DNA of 53,361 nucleotides, counting the filler, from Streblomastix strix (Eukaryota): the NCBI GenBank assembly GCA_008636045.1. It is 3 parts of 3 records of this genome, joined end to end, with 100 filler letters (N's around TTAATTAATTAA, not from the genome) between each part and the next. Parts side by side here need not be neighbours in the genome. Positions count along the whole stretch, not along the records: positions 1 to 17,743 come from SNRW01000682.1; 2 more parts are not named here. One strand, 5' to 3'. Shown here one piece after another: positions 1 through 13,114 of this stretch. The notes beneath the pieces were generated by a model. That model searched no databases and was not told the origin of the DNA. It saw nothing but the letters and a program-made list of their open reading frames with translations. Each line of letters begins with the position of its first letter. Position 1 is the stretch's first letter. The position numbers and the translations under genes were made by a program.

Positions 1-3000
1 ATAAAATTCTGAAGGAATATTTCTCTTTCTTTGTCTCTCATTCTCTTCAATTTAGACTCAAGTTCACTGATCTATTCTGGCAATTTAGTGACTTCATTTC
101 TTATTGAACTCAGACTATTATCTTATATTGATCCATCGTTACTTTATTTTGCTTATTAAAGTTTTATTTCAATTTATTGCATCTTTTCGAGATGATTTCT
201 TTCTTAATATGTGTTTGAATAGATTATTCCATCTTCTTCTTCTTATAGTAATGCTTATAAATGTTCATTCATTGAATTATTATATTCTTACTCAATCTAT
301 TACACAACACTTTGTTTGAATATTTCATGTGCTTTATTTGAAAATAAATCACCTTAATAAATCTTTTTCTATTTATCTTTCGCTATTTTAAGTTTGTATT
401 CCAATTCATCGTTCTTTTCTTAAATATATTTCATCTCTTTATCATCAAAACGATTTTAATTTTATTGAGATCCTTTCTCTTGAATTATCCTTTCAATTTC
501 ATCAGTAATTTACTTTGCCTATTGTATTTGATCTTCAGCATCACGAATCTCACTTTAAACCTTAAGTGTTATATAATTATCTTACTGTGATTATTATTGC
601 ATTTCTCTTTAATTATCTTCAGACTATTACTAAATATTATTCTATAAGTCTACATTGGAGTTTTGAGGTGAAGGAATAAATTCTACTTTATATTTTTCTA
701 AATCCGCTTTGTCTCTGGAAATAGCAACTTCCATAGCACGTTTCTATCTTTATTCTTTAATGATTCTTTATAGTTTATTCTTTTCTTCTTATTATGTATT
801 TAATTTGTCTTATAGCGTCGATTCTGCTTTATTTTTAGAAATCTTTTCATTCTATACTATTTACGGTTTTATTTCATTTGGTAATTTAAATGGTACTATT
901 TAATTATCTTATTCTTATATCTTAGTTTCTTTCACTTATTATTGTGGGTTTATATCCTTTGTTATTATTTTCTACTTCTCTGATGTATTGGATCGTGATG
1001 AATCAATAGTTATCTTACTATTTACTCTGCTCATAGTAGTTCTTGAATCTCGTTATTTATTCTCACTCCAATATACATTCACATCATTCTAAGCCATCCA
1101 TTATGGTTCATTCAAGGTATTCAATATATTGAGTTATTCACAGAATATTTAATCTTCTTCCTCTTTTTCTTTCTCTTTTGATTATTTCAGCATCTTCTTC
1201 TTCATTTCAATCTCCTATTAAACCTCTTTAATCTGACTTTCATATTCTTATCCTACTCGAAGCATCTCAACTTGAACTTACATAAGTAATTCTTATTCTG
1301 CATCAATTCCTTATTACTATTTATCCTTATGAATTAGTACTTTATCCATCATCTCGTTCTCAATTGCAGTAATTAGATCTTATGTTTTCTTTTAATCTGT
1401 TTTCTTCTACCTTTTCTTAACAAGGAGTTTCATTCCATCTATTTCATGAAGCTCTTCTATATCTTCATATTATTCATCATCATCAGGATCTTGGAGAGTA
1501 TTATTAGGCTATTCTGTTTCATCATTATGTTTATTTTCATTTTCATTCTGATATGCATTAACTTCCTAATCCATTATCTCTTGATACAAACTTGGTATAT
1601 AAATGTTATCTCGATACCAAATAAGTTCTTTAAATGAATAGTTTCCTAAGATTTGCTGACCGTAATCTTTATCGTGTACCAAATTAGCAACCAAATCAGA
1701 AGCTTTATCGTTTATTTTATCTTTCACCTTCACAATCATTCCAAAAATTCCAACTTTTCGTTTTTCCTTCATATATTTTCTCTTATTCAAATAATCTTTC
1801 TCAAAATCATCAAGTTCATCTTCATTGATCATATCAAGATCATTACGACTGTCAGATGTTGAAGATGAATTACTACTGCTTTCACTACTATCCAAAGTTT
1901 ATTATGTACCAATTGTGTCTCCAAGATCAACAATTGCTTTTTCATCTTTATTCTTCTTTTTATGTTCGTTTTTATTTTTATTTTTACTTTTCCTTTTCTT
2001 TTTCTAATATTTATTCTTTGCAACATCAAATACACGTGTTTCACCTCTGGCAGCTTCTTAATCTTCTTTCCATTGAACATCTTTTTCATTCTCTTCTTAT
2101 TCTCCAAATTCATCAATTATATCTGTTGGTTCTCTTTTCCTATAAATAAACATAAAATAAAATAAAATATAATATAATAAATAAAATAAAAATTAATGAA
2201 ACAATTACTATGATATTTTTACAAACTTCAGTTTATTGATTGTATTAATATTTGTTGCACGAATTGGATACATTTTTGTATCAATACGAATCGGAGGGTA
2301 ACTGTTTGAATCTAATGAATTAACAGGAATATTTGGACTTGTGAGAAATTTTCGTGCTAAAAATATAATATATAATTAATAAAAAGATTGAAAAAAATTA
2401 ATAAATATATATTTGGAATTATACCGAAGGTTCCATGTTACATTTGTTATTGATACTAAATATTCAATATAAAAGAGAGAGAAAACAATAAAAAGAATAA
2501 AGAATGTTGAAAATCTGAATTAATAACTAATATAACAAACTATATCACTTGTTTCAACTGCAATACTCGCAACTGCTGCTCCTTTAAGCATTAGATATGT
2601 AGACCTCTTCATTCTGTGAGCTAATTTTTCTAAATAAGAAATTTGAAAATGATTCAATAAGAATAAGTTTAGATTAAGAGAATAACATATAAATTAATGA
2701 ACAAAATTTCATACATCTCACTCTGCGTTTTAATGTATCTAGATCATTATTTACTAAATGGTTTTTAAAATAAATTAATAAATATAAAAAGCATCAAATT
2801 TAAATATTATTTTATACTGTTTTTCTTTTAAAGTGTATCGCGTTATTGTTATTTTAATGTTTACGCTGAAAATTAGATAAATAAAAATTTTTATATATCA
2901 ATAAAAAAAGATAAGATAAAATTTTAACAATAAATATAAAATAAGTATTAATCTAAATGATTACCTTAAACTGCTAAATCTAGATTTTAATTGTCTTCTT

Positions 3001-6000
3001 ACTTATTTGTAACTTTATTTGCCTTGTTTTCAATCCAGAACTGTTCAATAATAATTAAATAATGAATAATATTGGGTTAAATAAAATATTAAAATAAAAA
3101 TAAAAAGTATTATTTTAATCTATTTATTTATAAAATTACATACATCTACTGCGTATTTCTTTAAAGCAGTTTCTGTTGTATCTTTTGTTAATATTGGAGC
3201 ATAGAACTCACAAATAATTGCAGGATGGCCTGAATCAATAATAATTTACAATATAATTAAAATAATATAAAGTTAATAATATTATTTTAAATGAGTTTTC
3301 AAACCTCCAAAGTATATTTTAGGATCAAAGAAAGTACTTATCATATTCGCATATCCATTTCTATTAACAAATGAAATAGATATTGTTTCACTATCTGCGA
3401 AATTCTTATCTTCATCTTTCCTTTTAAATTAATTTTTCTGTTTATTTTTATTCATTTCATTTAATACATTAATTGGAAGAGGTAATGGAGTTGTATAATA
3501 TTCATTGATTACTTAAAATGGTGGAAGCGGAATCTATGGTTATACTGGAAATGAAAAACCATATGTTAAATCAATATTGGGTTTCTTATTGCATTCGTAA
3601 TTTGGATTCATTTCATCTTCTTTTCTTTATTTCTCTTTGATTTTATTCTAAATATCTTTTAGCTATTCTTTGATTTATTAATTTTTAGCCCTGCTATATT
3701 TTAAAACTATTTAAGATAAGTTAAGTAGGGATTATTTTTTTGCTCCAGGTTAAATGAAATATGAAGAATGAGCTGAAGCTTTAGTAGGAGCTCGATATAA
3801 TTGACTTCTATTATTATTACTAAAATTAGATTTTGTTTATTAGCGTTGCAATCTTCTTTTTTTCATAATATTCCAAAGTTTGCTTTTTGTTTATTAAGCT
3901 CTTACTCTTTTTAATTATTCTGTTTATTATTCATTCTTCTTTTCATCATTAAGTTATTCATCTATTTCAAGTTCTTCATTTGGAAGCACAGTTGCTTCAT
4001 ATTAATGTCTCAAATATTCATTTTAATCAAAATTAAGAGTTAAATTATATCGATCAATTGGAGGTAAATGACATGGGTCGATTTTATTTGCATTTTCATC
4101 ATTAAAATATAATTCATTTTTCCAATTAATCTCTTTATTCTAATCGTTATCACTTATATCAGCTTCATCTCCTATTCCAATATCTCCAAATTGATCCAAT
4201 TAATCTGAATAATATTTATCTCCCTTCCACGCTTCTTAATCTAAATACATTTACTATCTCTGTTCTTGAAGTATATATTAATCCTATTATTATGATTATT
4301 CTATAATTTATTAGAGTTGTGCTTAATTTCTAGAAGATTTCATAGGAATATTGTTTTTCATTTGTTGTTGACTTTATTTCTCAGGTTATTTCTCTGTGTT
4401 ATTTTAATTGAATGGAATTAATACAATAACTTCATCATTATTTTATTCTTGTTAATTGCTATTCAGAAATGAAAGTGAAGTGTTATATTATTAAAGTTAT
4501 TAATATTAATTCTGTGTTTGTTATTTAACAATATTGACATTTTATGTATTTTCAATTGTGTTTTATTATTTTGTATCTTCATTTTCATCAGTTTATTTAT
4601 TTTTCTTTCTTTTCCATACTCTTATTGGTCTCTTTACAATTGGAACACATGTGAATGGAAGTGATTTCCTATAAATTAAATTAAAACGATTAATAAAAAT
4701 AAATAAAATTATTATAATAAGAAAAATAAAAATAATATAATAAAAAAAATAAATAAATGTTAATAAATTAATTTACCTTGAGTATCCTTAAATATTAGTT
4801 CTACTCAGTTCAATCTACCCATCAATTATAATATTTACATTAATTTCCTCCATTTTCTTTATCTGTTCTTTATTATTGTCAACTTCATCAGTAAGTGAAT
4901 TCCAGTCAGCCAAACTATTCCCAGTAATTCTACTTACTATAACTGGAGGATATGGAACATGACCTTAATGAATTGGAGAGAGATATAGTTGCATCATCAT
5001 TCCGATTTTGGGGGATTCGAATAATCTATAAAGGAAATATGTATAAGAATATGAATAAAAGAGGATAAGAAATGTATTACATTATAATTATTATTATATT
5101 ATATATAATTACAGACCTTCTAACCATCTTCATATGATGCACACATATTCCAACTGATACAGCATATCCTCTTTATTCATCTACAAATCTAACTAAATAT
5201 ATTTCACCTTATCTTTAAGCAGCTTCAATTACAGGAATAGCAAATGTTGTCAATGCAATCTCTTTGAAATATTTACTTGTTGATCCAATGTAAGGATTAA
5301 AATATTAATTTATATCAAATCCTCCTAACTAATGCTATTAATTTAGTTTATTTGGTGATTAGTCTTACAATTCCTGCTTATCTTTGAAAATTGCTGTTGT
5401 TTTTATTCCTTCAAAAGGAGAAGCCGCTTAATATCTTGGTTAGAAAATATTTGGTTATTGTAAATCTATATTTAATTATTAGTCTTAGTTCTCTTAAATT
5501 TACTTTTATTAATCTTAATTTGGATCTTCTTAGCCAATTAATGATACAATAATTGGAGATCTTTCATCCGTAACCATATCTAATTCTTCAAAGAAATATC
5601 TGATAGTTTATAACATATCAAAAAAATTAAACATAAAAATAAGTTAAACTAATTTCATTTCAATAATAATATATTAATAGATACCCACGTGTTGCATCTC
5701 TAACTAATTTTCCAGGTGTTTATATATCAGCTTCAACTGTAAATGATGCAGGTTATGTTTCAAGCATCTCACTCTATTTAATTAGATATAAAAATATAAT
5801 AAAACAATATTAGTAAATATAAATAATATTATGAATATAATATTTAAATTTTATTGTTCTTATAATTGTCTAACCTTTGCATCTGTGGTCCTCGTCCTCA
5901 CAATCACTCTTTATGGAAGTTTCTAAAATCTTAATTCATTCCTAATTTAATCCTCTATTTCTATTCTGGTCTTTTATTTGACTCTCTTTTCTTCACTTTT

Positions 6001-9000
6001 CAATAATAATACTCTTTATTATTCAATTTAACGTTTCCTCTCTATTTTCTCTTTATCTGATATATCCTTAATATCATCTACATACAATTCTAAGGCTTCT
6101 TCATCTAATTCATATCCTATTAAGATATATATGTATATATTGAAAATGGATGTATAGGAATAAAATATTTAGTTTAACTATTATATAAAACAATAAAATC
6201 ATACTTAGTAACTCAGCTTCCATTTAATTCTGCTCCTTTTTCATCATTAATTCAGCTTATTTCTTTTATAATTCCTATGGCAATTTATAATATTATATTA
6301 TTACATATAAATAGTGATTATTAAATTATTAACCAATGTAAAATTAATTTATAAAATAAATATAATCATCACAAATATACACAATCACAAACCTTCAACT
6401 GATCCTCATATGATCTAACTTGTGGATATTCAATTTTCGCATTAGTTTCTGCCCAGAAAATAAGTAATTGTACTCTTACTGGTCTATATAATGGAGCTAT
6501 ATGTGTTTCAACTTGAAATTATTCTTCATCTTTCATAATTTTTTCTATAATTTCACTATTAACTTCTTTGTTTATCACTGATTTTTGTTTATTTAATGAT
6601 TGCGACAGTAAATGACTAAGTATGGATTATCTACGTTTTGGTACTTAATTGTTTTCTATAATTTCACTGTTAACTTCTTTGTTTATCTCCGATTTTTGCG
6701 ATTTTAATGATTGAGGTAGTAATTGACTAAGAATTGATGGTCTTCGTTTTGGTACTTAAGTGTTTTCAATGTTTGATTTTAGGCTACTGCTTGTTTATTT
6801 CGTATTTAAAGATTATTATTATTGTTATTATTATTATTACTTTTTTCTTTATACTATTTATCTAAGTTCATGATGAGTAATTATAATATTCTAATTCTAT
6901 TCATATATCTTCTTCCAAAGCAATATAGAACCTTATTTCCTTTCCAATCTCAGTAATTCACGAGCATTCATCTTTTTTGTTATCTTAATCGATGGCAAAA
7001 TACCAAATTTGTTTGGGAATATTGGTATCAATCTCATCTCAACCAGAATAACTGATGTAATCTCCTCTTCTTCCAATTAATTATCAGGTATATATTCTGA
7101 ATCGCTGCTACTTAAAATACTCTCTGTATTATCCTCCTTTATCTCTTCTAGTGCATTTTAAGTCTAACTGATATTTATTGGCTTCTTATTCTTCACCCAT
7201 TTCACAAATCTCGGTTTCCCATCCTAGACTGATGCATTCTGAAACACTATTGTATTACGAACCTGTCTCTTTATTTTAACCTGCTTCTGATGTTTCCTAT
7301 AAAGAGATATTGGATCATGGCCACCAAAATCAACTTTTTTAATAGTATCTTCTCCTTCTATCTATTAAACTTATCTTTCAGACTCAATTATGGATGTTAG
7401 AGATGCATCTGTTGCATATTTCATCAACATCTTCTACTACTCTTATACATATTCAGATGCAGATATTAAAGGAGGACTAAATTAAGTGAGTGAATCTGTT
7501 TGATCTGTGTTTTATTAGTTTGATAGAATACCAAAAGATTTGGATGATGGTGATGTTGTAAACTGGAATAAATTTAATAATCCTGATTGGGATGGTCTTA
7601 ATGATCCTGATTAATTTGTTTTTAATGATTCTGATTGATTTGATTTTAATGATCCTGACTAATATTCTTCTAATGTTCCTAATTATTATCTTTTTAATGA
7701 TCCTGACTAATATTCTTCTAATGTTCCTAATTATTATCTTTTTAATGATCCTAATTATTATCTCTTTAAAGATCCTTGTTGAGATCCTTTTTATTAACCT
7801 GATAAAGGTGGACTTTTCAATCCTAATAAAGAAGGTCTTAATGATCCTGATTAAGATCCTTATAAAGAACCTGATAAAGATGGACTTTATGAACCTGACT
7901 AAGATGGTGTCAATGATCCAAATTACAATTGTTTTAAAGACCCTGATTGTAATGTCTATAAGCTGGTTTATGATTCCGTATTATATAATCTTCTTGAAGG
8001 GAGTTATCTATTCTGTACCATTAATTGACTAAAGCTCTTTTCAAGTAAAGTTTCTTTATATTTTCTCTCCTCTTCATCTCCAGCTTCATATTCAATAAAT
8101 AAATCATCCTTATCATGAACAACATCTAAGATTTTTGATATTTATTACTAATATTATAAAATAAGTAACAAAATGAAAATTAATTAGTAAATAAATAATT
8201 TTATATTAGTTATATCTTTATTTAATATTACAATAACAATCATACATCTTCCTTTCCAATTTTTTCTATAAATCCTTCAGTCTTCATCTCTTTTTTCAAA
8301 AAATCGATCTTTTTCTATATTTCCTCTATTTTCTTGTCCTTTTCTTATTAATTCATATTTTTTCTTCCTTTTATTTATGTAATTTCATTTTATAGATAAT
8401 TTATTTATTCAACTTTCCTTTTCAAGTTCTTTATTTCTTTTTTCTTTTTCTTGTCTCCCTCTTATTATTTGATATGAGAATGTTGAACCTGAGAAGATTA
8501 TATTAATTTTATTAATAATGATAATAATTAAATTGAAATTATAATTATATTATGAACAATAAATTTCAATGTTTAAATAATAAAAATTCATCTCAAACTT
8601 TTTCTACCCCTCCTTATTTCCAGAATGACATCGTATCTATTATAATCAAATATAAAATAATATATTTAATTAAATAAACATTAAATTAGTAATAAAAATA
8701 TAATCATAAATATATAAATTCAATTTATTAAACCAGGTACAATCTTAGCCATAAATTATCCAGTTGTGCTCATTGGGACAAGTAGATTCACATTCTTCCC
8801 AAATTATAACACTGAGAGAAGCAAAGGAATATTAACCTGTGAAGACCCAACAAATCCAGTTGACTGAATTTCTTTTGTTTTGTGCATCTTTAGAGCATTT
8901 TGAAATGATTGTGCATATGTGAGTGGTTTCTGGTTGATTATTTGAGATGGAGTCTGCTACAAGTTGTGTACTATTTCAGGCTTTGGTTATATTTATGTCA

Positions 9001-9887
9001 TATCAATTGTTTGTATCTATTATTAAGGGTTCATTGATATGCTTTATGGGAAAGCAGCTGTGTGTTAAGACATAGTATCTTCATCCATGGTAAACAATTA
9101 CGTAGTTCTTGGAGTCATAAATGGAGTCATGAATGGAGTTGTATTCCTCGTAGATTACCCAGATTAGTTATGTGGTGAGTAATCCTATATAAATGATGAG
9201 TATCTTGATAGAGGTGGAGTCGTATAAGGTGAATATGAGAATGGATATCCATGAAGTGAAGGAGGTTTCTATTAATGGGAGAGAGGGGTGCTTTATTATT
9301 GCTATTCATACAGTCTTTGTTATTCTTCCCATTGTTTCTGGGCTTTTTCTGCAATCTCTTTTAACTCTTCATAGTGTGCGCCACTGTCTGTCTTCACAAG
9401 TACAAAGTTTAAAAAGGATAATAATTTCAACTATTCAGAAGAAAGAACTTAAAAATAATAAAAAATGAGTATTTAAAAGAAGATTGAAATTAAAAAAAAA
9501 ATAGGTTTGTATACTAAAGTCGAAAATATTTCGTCTGAATTTTGGCAGATCAGATACATTAGATACATCAGACAAAAGCTCTCTAGAAATTATATTCTAA
9601 ATTTCATCGCAATCTCTTTATTTCTAAAGATATTGATGGGAAAGCACTATAATTGGCGAACAAAATTACTAAAATATAATAATAGAGTGAAAAAATGATT
9701 AAATAAACAAAATTTTATAGAATACATCCATATCAACACATGTTATCTTCACCCGAAGTTGAAAAAACTCATAATTGTCTTTCGCAACGTGTAGTTACTG
9801 TGTTTCAGAAGAACTATACTAAATAAAGTGACTAATGATACCAAGTGCATCTTACTTCGAAGTATGATATTCGGATTTTGGAGCCAT
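1..9887 (-). CDS. Giant multi-exon hypothetical protein, rich in Q/E/K coiled-coil and low-complexity sequence; 3' end runs off the window
   Basis: With TAA/TAG=Gln the frame reads MAPKSEYHTSKQDALG... from ATG 9887. It stays open across the GT-AG introns I checked (9448-9514, 2456-2540, 2357-2424, 2140-2208 and those near 8150-8730). It includes track ORF 1566-1895 and is still open at position 1. Not every junction between 2900 and 6400 was checked, and the start codon is uncertain. Confidence 0.75.
6551..6770. repeat. Two-copy imperfect 111-bp tandem duplication (37 codons) inside the giant gene
   Basis: tttcactattaacttctttgtttatc...cgttttggtacttaa at 6551 recurs as tttcactgttaacttctttgtttatc...cgttttggtacttaa at 6662. 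Confidence 0.85.
7580..7960 (-). repeat. Coding minisatellite with a 24-bp unit encoding about 8-aa GSL-type repeats (GSLKRQQL, GTLEEYQS, GSLRPSQS)
   Basis: Recurrent ttaatgatcct units, with an exact 48-bp duplication around 7645-7750. Track ORF 7592-8032 is the antisense shadow of this repeat. Confidence 0.85.
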
Positions 9888-10350
9888 TCTACTTGGTCTG
9901 CGTGAGGCTGATTTTTCCTTCGGATTACAAATATAACGCGCATATGTAGAAAATTATATAGAAACAAATAATTATTATTTAAACACATATATTTTTATAA
10001 AAATTCAAAATAATTAATTAAAATTAATTTAATGCTAATAAGAAAAGTTAAAAAAATGATTTTCACACCAGTTACTGTTTGAATTTTGGTATTGACTATT
10101 AGAATGCAGCAATATTTGTATGCGTTTCCTACATTATTAAATTAACTTATCACTGTTGTCTTAATAGTGTGCTATTCTCAAATTATTAAATCCAGATTAT
10201 TATTAAAAATTATGAATAAAGCATATTATAAGATAGTAAACTATTTAATATTAATTCATTTTTACATATTTAACTTTGAGGGAAGTGTGAAAAGAAAAAG
10301 AATGATGCTAAATTTTATAAAATATTGTTGTGAAGTTAGAATCGTCTTCA

Positions 10351-12622
10351 TCATTCATCGCCATCATCACCAAATTCTTCTGATGATTCTTCTCCTTCTT
10401 CGTGTGCATCTTCATATAAGTCTTCATCTTTACCATCATATGTATTTGCATCATCATGAAAGATGTTGAAAATTGAATTCTTTGCCTGATTTGCACTTTT
10501 CTTTATTTTTTCATTATTTAATTAATTTGCCAAATAAGCATCAATCTCTTCAAGCGAACCTTCTTCTTCTAATTGTTCCTTGGACTGTTAAGCTAAACAT
10601 ATTTGAGGTGGATAAGAAGGATATACTTGGTATTATGGATTGAATTATCTTCCTTTATGAAGAGTTCTGAAGAAACATCTCAAGTCAAATAAATTGCTGT
10701 CAAGCTCTTCACCATCAATTCCATAATATCCATCATCTGCTCCTACTTTTATTACCAGTGAATTAGCATGACCATTCTTAGTAAGTGATTCAAGTGCATT
10801 TTAATTCCCTTCTTCATAAATTCTTTCAAATAATTAGATGCATTTATTTCTGATCTAAAAAGCAACTTTATCCATTTCTTCAGATATATACTCTACAATC
10901 CTATATTGATTAAGCTTTATCAGAGATTGAATGAGATTAGGATATAAAATAATTTCTAAGAAATCAGGAATTTCAGTTTTGAGAAGATTATAAAGAAGAT
11001 GTAGTTATTATCCAACAAAGTTAATAGATTACATTGAAACTGATTATTATTAAACTTTGATTTAGTGCTAATAAGTTGAACAAGAAGACGCAAATGAAAT
11101 AGAGGAGATTATAAGATGTGGAATAATAGGATGAGTATTTATTAGATAATTTTAAACTTCATTAATATATGTGATATTTTGTAACAAAGTTAATGATGCT
11201 ATTTGAAGTTCTTTTAAATTTTGATTCATATTATTGTAGATGTTTAAGGGACATATAATTTCTGTGGGGCAGTTGAAATGGAGAAAAAGTGCAATATTTT
11301 CATGGAGTTTCAACTTTTCAAAAAAATGAAATTTATTATTAAAATCTGAATCATCTATGGATTTAATTATTTTTGTCATTGATTTGATTCTTTTATTCAT
11401 TTCTTAATTTTCATCAATGTCTTCTTTTTTATTCCCTTATGTTAATTCTTTTCCATTTTTTATGACTTAAATCAATTAATCAATATGCAATGAAATTATA
11501 TTTGAAAGGGTATTAAGAAAATCATTATTAATTAATTAACTCTTCTTTACTTATAAATATATTATAATAAGTTTCTCTGTTAGTATAGGATATGCATTAT
11601 CTATGATATTGATTTTTTATTCTTTCTCTTATGCAACTCTTTGACGAATAATGTTTTCAATCTTTGAAATTAGTCTTGATTTTTCCATTTCAGAAATAAA
11701 ACATGACTTCCAATACTATAAGTAGTCAAATGAACTTGGAATTTCATTAATACGCTCAGTAATAATTTCAATGATATTCAATAGAACAATTTCAGACTCA
11801 GTTGATAAATCATTCAATCTTGATTCAATAATTGTATATGTTTCTTAATCAAATAATAATATCAATTTATATTCATTTTCATTTTTGTATTTCAAATAAA
11901 TTTCATTCAGTTGTTTTATCTTCTATTCTTCATTTTGTGAGTTTGAAGTAAAGATATTATCAATTAATGATGATAAGTTAACTGATTATGAGTATATAAA
12001 AATATGCAGATTTATTTTTAAATAAAGAATAATTATTAATATACCATCTGTTGGTGAGATTAAAAAAGAATTATTCTGTATTATTGATAATAAACACTAT
12101 TCACCATTCAAAGATGAATAATCAAACAATTCTTTGGCATTTTCAGCTTCAACTTTATTCTTCAATGTTACTATTCCAAATCCACGATTCAATCCTTTTG
12201 ATTGAGGTAGAATGACTGAAAGAACTGTTCCAGATTATGCGAATAATTATTTCAACTGTTCTTCTGTGGTATTATTGCTTTAATTGAATATAAATAATTA
12301 AGTTGGAATATCAACAGGAATATGTTAGTCTAGTTTAATAATATATAAAAAATAAATCAGGTATAAAATATAACTTGAATAATTTTATTTTTCAGTTAGT
12401 TTAATATTTAAAATAATAGTGAATAATACCATTGGTTGAACTATTCTCTGCTTCAGCAATTATTTAGGACTCATTTAATGGAAATTATATCAATGAATTC
12501 ACATTTTGCGATTATTACTCCAAATTTCGTTCTATTGTTGTTTTTTCTGATGTTATTTATGAAGGGGTTTCTTGGTTTTCTGGTTTTTCACTTTTCCCCA
12601 AATCTTCTGGATAAAAGTTCAT
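10351..12622 (-). CDS. Three-exon protein with an RRM domain, a helical/ARM-like region and an acidic tail
   Basis: Starts MNFYPEDLGK. Exon 2 (about 12329-12045) encodes LFIFNQSNNTTEEQLKQLFAQSGTVLSVILPQSKGLNRGFGIVTLKNKVEAENAKELF, with RNP2- and RNP1-like motifs. Exon 3 was read codon by codon and is open to ...EQLEEEGSLEEIDAY...DDGDE followed by TGA TGA. Confidence 0.85.
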
Positions 12623-13114
12623 TTCTTTTGCAATCCTAAATATATATAAATAAAATTATATAAAAATTATTTAATACATGATTTATTTGATAGAAAATAA
12701 AGTAAATAATGATTAAAACGTATTTTTTTAAAGAATTTTAATTTTCATTTCTCATGTCATATTCATAGCTTATATTGAAGAAAATTGTAATAGATATGGT
12801 TAAATAAAAATAATATTTAAATAAAATATAATTTTTGTTCAATATTATTCGTTGGATATAGTTTTATGAACGTTTTAAAAAAAATACATTTTTTCTGATG
12901 AGTGCAAAAATGTATATCAATAGTATTAACTGAGTAGCTATGGCGAATAAAAGGAATATTTAATGATGATGATTGAAATAAAATGGATTAGAATCTGTAA
13001 TTTGTACAATTCAAAATAAGTGGGTCAAATCGATTTACAGCAAAACAATTTATTGATAGACAAGATAAATAAATAATTAGCTGAATTACAAAAGGGATAA
13101 TATATTTTGTATGT

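Noticed and set aside
104..2165. Many short hydrophobic F/L/I-rich ORFs in the supplied track (also 7592-8032, 14762-15052, 18153-18685, 34261-34488 and others)
   Set aside because: They are antisense or off-frame shadows of real K/E/Q-rich genes read with the wrong code.
7580..7960. Regularly spaced repeats resembling a CRISPR array
   Set aside because: The units are multiples of three inside an open exon, have no unique spacers, and there are no cas genes in this eukaryotic context.
9365..9450. Apparent +1 programmed frameshift at CTA-TGA (WRTL to EELKEIAEK) in the giant gene
   Set aside because: It appears only if the acceptor at 9431 is used. The acceptor at 9448 gives a continuous frame (FDF|ILSSEQLKLLSF...HYEELK), so no frameshift is needed.
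12925..12965. Short similarity to 15529-15563 (taactgag...aataa...tatttaat)
   Set aside because: Too short and too AT-rich to distinguish from chance.
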